DNA of 64,000 nt. It comes from the human T2T-CHM13v2.0 reference genome, Homo sapiens. The notes below the pieces were generated by a model. That model ran no database searches. It saw only the letters and a program-made list of their open reading frames with translations, and was not told where the DNA came from. Both the position numbers and the translations under genes were made by a program. Shown in pieces: positions 57,831 to 64,000 of this stretch (position 1 is the first letter of the stretch; each line of letters begins with the position of its first letter). The stretch lies in NCBI RefSeq assembly GCF_009914755.1, contig NC_060933.1; one strand, given 5' to 3'.

Positions 57831-58759
57831 TGCAATGGAATGGAACGGAATGGAATGGAATGGAAGGTAATGGAATCAACACGAGTGCAGGGTAACGGAA
57901 TGGAATGGAATGCAATGGAATGGAATCATCCGCAATGGAATAGAATGGAATGGAATCAACTCCATTGCAATGGAATAGAATGGAATGGAATGGAATAGAA
58001 TGGAATGGAATTAACCCGAATAGAATGGAATGCAATATAATGGAATGGAACGGAACCGAATGGAGTGGAATGGAATGGAATGGAATGCAATCAACCTGAG
58101 TGCAGGGGAATGGAATGGAATGGAATGCAATGGAATGGAATCATCCGGAATGGATTGGAATGGAATGGAATGGAATCAAACCGAGTGCAATGGAATGGAG
58201 TGAAATGGAATGGAATGGAATGGAAACAACCAGAATGGATTTGAATATAATGGAGTGTAAGGGAATTGAATAGAATCAATCTGAATGTAATGAAATGGAA
58301 TGGAACGGAATGGAATGGAATGGAATGGAATCGAATGGAATGGAATGGAATGGAATCAACCCGAGTGCAATGGAATGGATTCGAATGGAATGGAATGGAG
58401 TGGAATGGATTCAACCCGAATGGAATGGAAAGGAATGGATTCAACCCGAGTGGAATGGCATGGAATGGAATGGAATGGAATGGAATGGAATGGAATGGTT
58501 CGGAATAGAATGGATTGGAACAAAATGGAATGGAATGGAATGGAATGGAATGGAATGGAATGGAATGGAATCAAGTCGATTGCAATGGAATAGAATGGAA
58601 TGGAATGGAACGGATTGGAATGGAATGGAATGGAATGGAATGGAATTAAATGGAATGGAAAGGAATGGAATCAACCCGAGTGCAGGGGAAAGGAATGGAA
58701 TGGAATGCAATGGAATGGAATGGAATGGAATGGAATGGAATGGAATGGAATGGAATGGA

Positions 58760-59005
58760 ATCAACCCGAGTGGAATGGCATGGAATGGAATGTAATGGAA
58801 TGGAATGGAATGGAATCAACTCGAGTGGAAAGGAATGGAATGGAATGGAAAGGAATGGAATGAAATCAACTCGAGTGGAATGGAATGGAATGGAATGGAT
58901 TGGAATGGATTGCAATGGAATGAAATGGAATTTAATGGAATGGAATCAATCATTCCGAGTGGAATGGAAGGTAATGTAATGGAGTGGAAAGAAGGGAATG
59001 GAATC
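58760..59005 (+). repeat. Divergent HSat3 module E, copy 3 (3'-truncated)
   Basis: CAATCATTCCGAGT is at 58947. After GGAAAGAAGGGAATGGAATCAACCC the sequence switches directly into a module B. Confidence 0.85.
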
Positions 59006-59677
59006 AACCCGAGTGCAATGGAATGGGGAGGAATGGAATGGAATGGAATGGAAACTACCCGAATGGCATGGAATGTAATGGAGTGTAAGGGAATTGAATA
59101 GAATCAACCTGAATGGAATGGAATGGAATGGAATGGAATGGAATGGAATGCAATGGAATGGAATCAACCCGAGTGCAATCGAATGGAATCGAATTGAATG
59201 GAATGCAATGGAATGGATTCAAATTGAATGGAATGGAAAGAATGGAATCAACACGAGTGGAATGGCATGGATTGGAATGGAATGGAATGGAATCAACCCG
59301 AGTACAGGGGAATGGAATGGAATGGAATGCAATGGAATGGAATGATCCGTAATGGAATGGAAAGGAATGGAATGGAATGGAATGGAATGGAATGGAATGG
59401 AATCAACTCGATTGCAATCGAATGGAATGGAATGGAATTAACCCGAATAGAATGGAATGGAATGGAAGAGAACGGAACGGAATGGAATGGAATGGAATGG
59501 AATGGAATGGAACGGAAAGGAATGGAATGGAATGGAATCAACGCGAGTGCAGGGGAATGGAATGGAATGGAATGGAATGCAATGGAATGGAATCTTCCGG
59601 AATGGAATGGAATGGAATGGAATGGAATCAACCCGAGTGCAATGGAATGGAGTGGAATGGAATGGAATGGAATGGAA

Positions 59678-59780
59678 CAACCCGAATGGAATGGAATGTA
59701 ATGGAGAGTAACGGAGTTGAATAGAATCAACCCGAATGGAATGGAATGTAATGGAGAGTAACGGAGTTGAATAGAATCAA
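59678..59780 (+). repeat. Perfect 50-bp tandem duplication of the module A core
   Basis: CAACCCGAATGGAATGGAATGTAATGGAGAGTAACGGAGTTGAATAGAAT occurs at 59678 and 59728. Both copies carry the rare GTAACGGAG variant. Confidence 0.95.
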
Positions 59781-62700
59781 TCCGAATGTAATGGAATGGA
59801 ATGGAACGGAATGGAATTGAATGGAATGGAATGGAATGCAATGGAATGGAATCAACCCGAGTGCAATGGAATGGAGAGGAATGGAATGGAATGGAATGGA
59901 AACTACCCGAATGGAATGGAATGTAATGGAGTGTAAGGGAATTGAATAGAATCAATCCGAATGTAATGGAATGGAATGGAACGGAATGGAATGGAATGGA
60001 ATGGAATGGAATGGAATGCAATGGAATGGAATCAACCCGAGTGAAATCGAATGGAATCGAATGGAATGGAATGCAATGGAATGGATTCAACTTGAATGGA
60101 ATGGAAAGAATGGAATCAACACGAGTGGAATGGCATGGATTGGAATGGAATGGAATGGAATCAACCCGAGTACAGGGGAATGGAATAGAATGGAATGCAA
60201 TGGAATGGAGTCATCCGTAATGGAAAGGAATGGAATGGAATGGAATGGAATGGAATGGAATCAACTCGATTCCAATCGAATGGAATGGAATGGAATTAAC
60301 CTGAATAGAATGGAATGGAATGGAATGGAACGGAACTGAATGGAATGGAATGGAATGGAATCGTACGGAACGGAACGGAATGGAATGGAATGGAATGGAA
60401 TGGAATCAACGCGAGTGCAGGGGAATGGAATGGAATGGAATGCAATGGAATGGAATCTTCCGGAATGGAATGGAATGGAATGGAATGGAATGGAATCAAC
60501 TCGATTGCAATCGAATGGAATGGAATGGAATTAACCCGAATAGAATGGAATGGAATGGAATGGAACGGAACGTAATGGAATGGAATGGAATTGAATGGAA
60601 TGGAACGGAACGGAATGGAATGGAATGGAATGGAATGGAATCAACGCGAGTGCAGGGGAATGGAATGGAATGGAATGCAATGGAATGGAATCTTCCGGAA
60701 TGGAATGGAATGGAATGGAATGGAATGAAATGCAATGGGTTCAACTCGATTGCAATGAAATGGAATAGAATGGAATGGAATGGAATGGAATGGAATTAAT
60801 TCGAATAGAATGGAATGGAACGGAATGGAACGGAATGGAATGGAATGGTATGGAATGGAATGGAATGGTACGGAATAGAATGGAATGGAACGAATTCTAA
60901 TGGAATGGAATTGAATGGAATGGAATGGAATGGAATGGAATCAACGCGAGTGCAGGGGAATGTAATGGAACGGAATGCAATGGAATGGAATCATCCGCAA
61001 TGGAATGGAATGGAATGGAATGGAATGGAATCAACCCGACTGCAATGGAATGGAGTGGAATGGAATGGAATGGAATGGAACAACCCGAATGGAATGGAAT
61101 GTAATGGAGAGTAAGGGAGTTGAATAGAATCAATCCGAATGTAATGGAATGGAATACAACGGAATGGAATGGAATGGAATGGAATGGAATGCAATGGAAT
61201 TGAATCAACCCGAGTACAATGGAATGGAATGGAATGGAATGGAATGGAAGGGAATGGAATGGAATGGAATGATACGGAACAGAATGGAATGGAACGAAAT
61301 GGAATGGAATGGAATGGAATGGAATGGAATGGAATGGAATGGAATGGAATCGTTCCGAGTGGAATAGGAGGGAATGTATTCGAGTGGAATGGAAAGGAAT
61401 GGAATCAACCAGAGTGGAATGGAAGGGAATGGAATGGAATGGAAACAAATAGAATGGAATCAACCCGAGAGGAATGGAATGGAAAGGACTGGAATGGAAT
61501 GGAATGGAATGGAATCAACTCGATTGTAATGGAATGGAATGGAATGGAATGGAATGGAATGGAATGGAATTAACCCGAATACAATGCAATGGAATGGAAT
61601 GGAACGGAATGGAGTGGAATGGAATGGAATCAACCCGAGTGCAGGGGAATGGAATGGAATGGAATGCAATGGAATGGAATCATCAGGAATGGAATGGAAT
61701 GGAATGGAATGCAAAGCAATGGAATCAACTCGATTGCAATGGAATGGAATGGAATGGAAAGGAATACATTGGAATCAACCCGAGTGGAATGGAATGGAAA
61801 GGACTGGAATGGAGTGGAATGGAATGGAATGGAATGGAATGGAATCAACTCGATTGGAATGGAATGGAATGGAATGGAATGGAATTAACCCGAATAGAAT
61901 GGAATGGAATGGAATGGAAAGGAACGGAACGGAATGGAATGGAATGGAATGGAATGGAATGGAATGGAATGGAATGGAAACAACCCGACTGCAGGGGAAT
62001 GGAATGGAATGGAATGCAATGGAATGGATTCAACTTGAATGTAATGGAAAGAATGGAATCAACACGAGTGTAATGGCATGGATTGGAATGGAATGGAATG
62101 GAATCTACCCGAATATAGGGGAATGGAATGCAATGGAATGCAATGGAATGGAATCATCCGTAAGGGAATGGAAAGGAATGGAATGGAATGGAATGGAATG
62201 GAATGGAATGGAATCAACTCGATTGCAATCGAATGGAATGGAATGAAATTAACCCGAATAGAATGGAATGGAATGGAATGGAACGGAAAGGAACGGAATG
62301 GAATGGATTGGAATGCAATGGAATGGAATGGAATAGAACGGAAAGGAATGGAATGGAATGGAATGGAATGGAATGGAATGGAATGGAATCAACGCGAGTG
62401 CAGGGGAATGGAATGGAATGGAATGCAATGGAATGGAATCTTCCGGGATGGAATGGAATGGAATGGAATGGAATGGAATGGAATGGAATAAACCCGAGTG
62501 CAATGGAATGGAGTGGAATGGAATGGAATGGAATGGAACAACCCGAATGGAATGGAATGTAATGGAGAGTAAGGGAGTTGAATAGAATCAATCCGAATGT
62601 AATGGAATGGAAAGGAACGGAATGGAATTGAATGGAATGGAATGGAATGCAATGGAATGGAATCAACCCGAGTTCAATGGAATGGAGAGGAATGGAATGG

Positions 62701-64000
62701 AATGGAATGGAAACTGCCCGAATGGAATGGAATGTAATGGAGTGTAAGGGAATTGAATAGAATCAATCCGAATGTAATGGAATGGAATGGAACGGAGTGG
62801 AATGGAATGGAATGGAATGGAATGCAATGGAACGGAATCAACCCGAGTGCAATCGAATGGAATCGAATGGAATGGAATGCAATGGAATGGATTCAACTTG
62901 AATGGAATGGAAAGAATGGAATCAACACGAGTGGAAGGGCATGGATTGGAATGCAATGGAATGGAATCAACCCGAGTACAGGGGAATGGAACGGAATGGA
63001 ATGCAATGGAATGGAATCATCCGTAATGGAATGGAAAGGAATGGAATGGAATGGAATGGAATGGAATGGAATCCACTCGATTGCAATTGAATGGAATGGA
63101 ATGGAATTAACCCGAATAGAATGGAATGGAATGGAATGGAACAGAACGGAATGGAATGGAATGGAATGCAATGGAATGGAATCTTCCGGAATGGAATGGA
63201 ATGGAATGGAATCAACCCGAGTGCAATGGAATGGAGTGGAATGGAATGGAATGGAATGGAACAACCCGAATGGAATGGAATGTAATGGAGAGTAAGGGAG
63301 TTGAATAGAATCAATCCGAATGTAATGGAATGGAATGGAACGGAATGGAATTGAATGGAATGGAATGGAATGCAATGGAATGCAATCAACCCGAGTGCAA
63401 AGGAATGGAGAGGAATGGAATGGAATGGAATGGAAACTACCCGAATGGAATGGAATGTAATGGAGTGTAAGGGAATTGAATAGAATCAATCCGAATGTAA
63501 TGGAATGGAATGGAACGGAACGGAATGGAATGGAATGGAATGGAATGGAATGGAATGCATGGAATGGAATCAACCCGAGTGCAATCGAATAGAATCGAAT
63601 GGAATGGAATACAATGGAATGGATTCAACTTCAATGGAATGCAAAGAATGTAACCAACACGAGTGGAATGGCATGGATTGGAATGGAATGGAATGGAATC
63701 AACCCGAGTACAGGGGAATGGAATGGAATGGAATGGAATGGAATGCAATAGAATGGAATCATCCGTAATGGAATGGAAAGGAATGGAATGGAATGGAATG
63801 GAATGGAATGGAATGGAATGGAATGGAATGGAATCAACTCGATTGCAATCGAATGGAATGGAATGGAATTAACCCGAATAGAATGGAATGGAATGGAATG
63901 GAATGGAACGGAACTGAATGGAATGGAATGGAATGGAACGGAAAGGAATGCAATGGAATGGAATGGAATGGAATGGAATGGAATGGAATCACCTCGAGTG

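Larger units (their letters stand above)
1..64000 (+). repeat. Human Satellite III (HSat3) array: (GGAAT)n interspersed with CAAC(C/A/G/T)CGA(G/A/T)T decamers; continues beyond both window edges
   Basis: GGAAT pentamers dominate every line and are interrupted every ~50-150 bp by CAACCCGAGT, CAACACGAGT, CAACGCGAGT, CAACTCGATT or TAACCCGAAT. (GGAAT)n plus CAACCCGAGT is the established Satellite III signature. The orientation is the same throughout and no non-satellite sequence was seen. Confidence 0.98.

Noticed and set aside
25-63872. Hundreds of ORFs encoding (MEWNG)n on + and (HSIPF)n on -, up to 417 aa (36636..37889) and 405 aa (35464..36681)
   Set aside because: (GGAAT)n has no stop codon in any frame and contains ATG, so overlapping ORFs arise in all six frames. 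There are no domains and no frame preference. Poly-WNGME translation is known for the SCA31 TGGAA expansion, but nothing here shows these ORFs are translated.
1-64000. CRISPR-like pattern of recurring conserved motifs
   Set aside because: The intervening sequence is GGAAT repeat rather than unique spacers, the spacing is irregular, and no cas genes are present.
1-64000. Assignment to Y-chromosome DYZ1 because of ~3.5 kb spacing, or to chromosome 9q12
   Set aside because: The periodicity here is irregular and the spacing alone is not diagnostic. Assignment needs k-mer mapping that I cannot run.
1-64000. Satellite II, telomeric repeat or EWS-FLI1-type GGAA microsatellite
   Set aside because: The array lacks dominant GAATCGAATG/ATCATCGAATGG Satellite II periodicity, has no TTAGGG, and its period is 5 rather than 4.
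1-64000. Inversions, L1/Alu insertions or canonical G-quadruplexes
   Set aside because: No (ATTCC)n tract on the + strand, no poly-A or non-satellite island, and G-tracts of three or more are isolated rather than clustered in fours.

Overview
The whole 64 kb window is one uninterrupted, single-orientation array of diverged (GGAAT)n pentamers punctuated by CAACCCGAGT-type decamers. This is the signature of human (hominid) Satellite III (HSat3) pericentromeric heterochromatin, shown on its purine-rich strand. I found no credible protein-coding gene, RNA gene, transposon, CRISPR array, inversion or unique-sequence island. All listed ORFs (MEWNG.../HSIPF...) are automatic translations of a stop-free pentamer. 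The interesting content is internal to the satellite. It is built from a few recurrent modules, rearranged by duplications from 50 bp to about 4 kb, including a near-perfect 3.7 kb tandem duplication. About 40 perfect three-unit heat-shock elements (GGAATCTTCCGGAAT) and about 35-40 copies of a perfect 14-bp palindrome are spread through it. The pentamer register slips in one direction only, and a divergent module type appears only in the last ~10 kb. All counts and breakpoints were made by eye and are approximate. I cannot assign the chromosome or HSat3 subfamily from the sequence alone, and I do not claim a new gene system.
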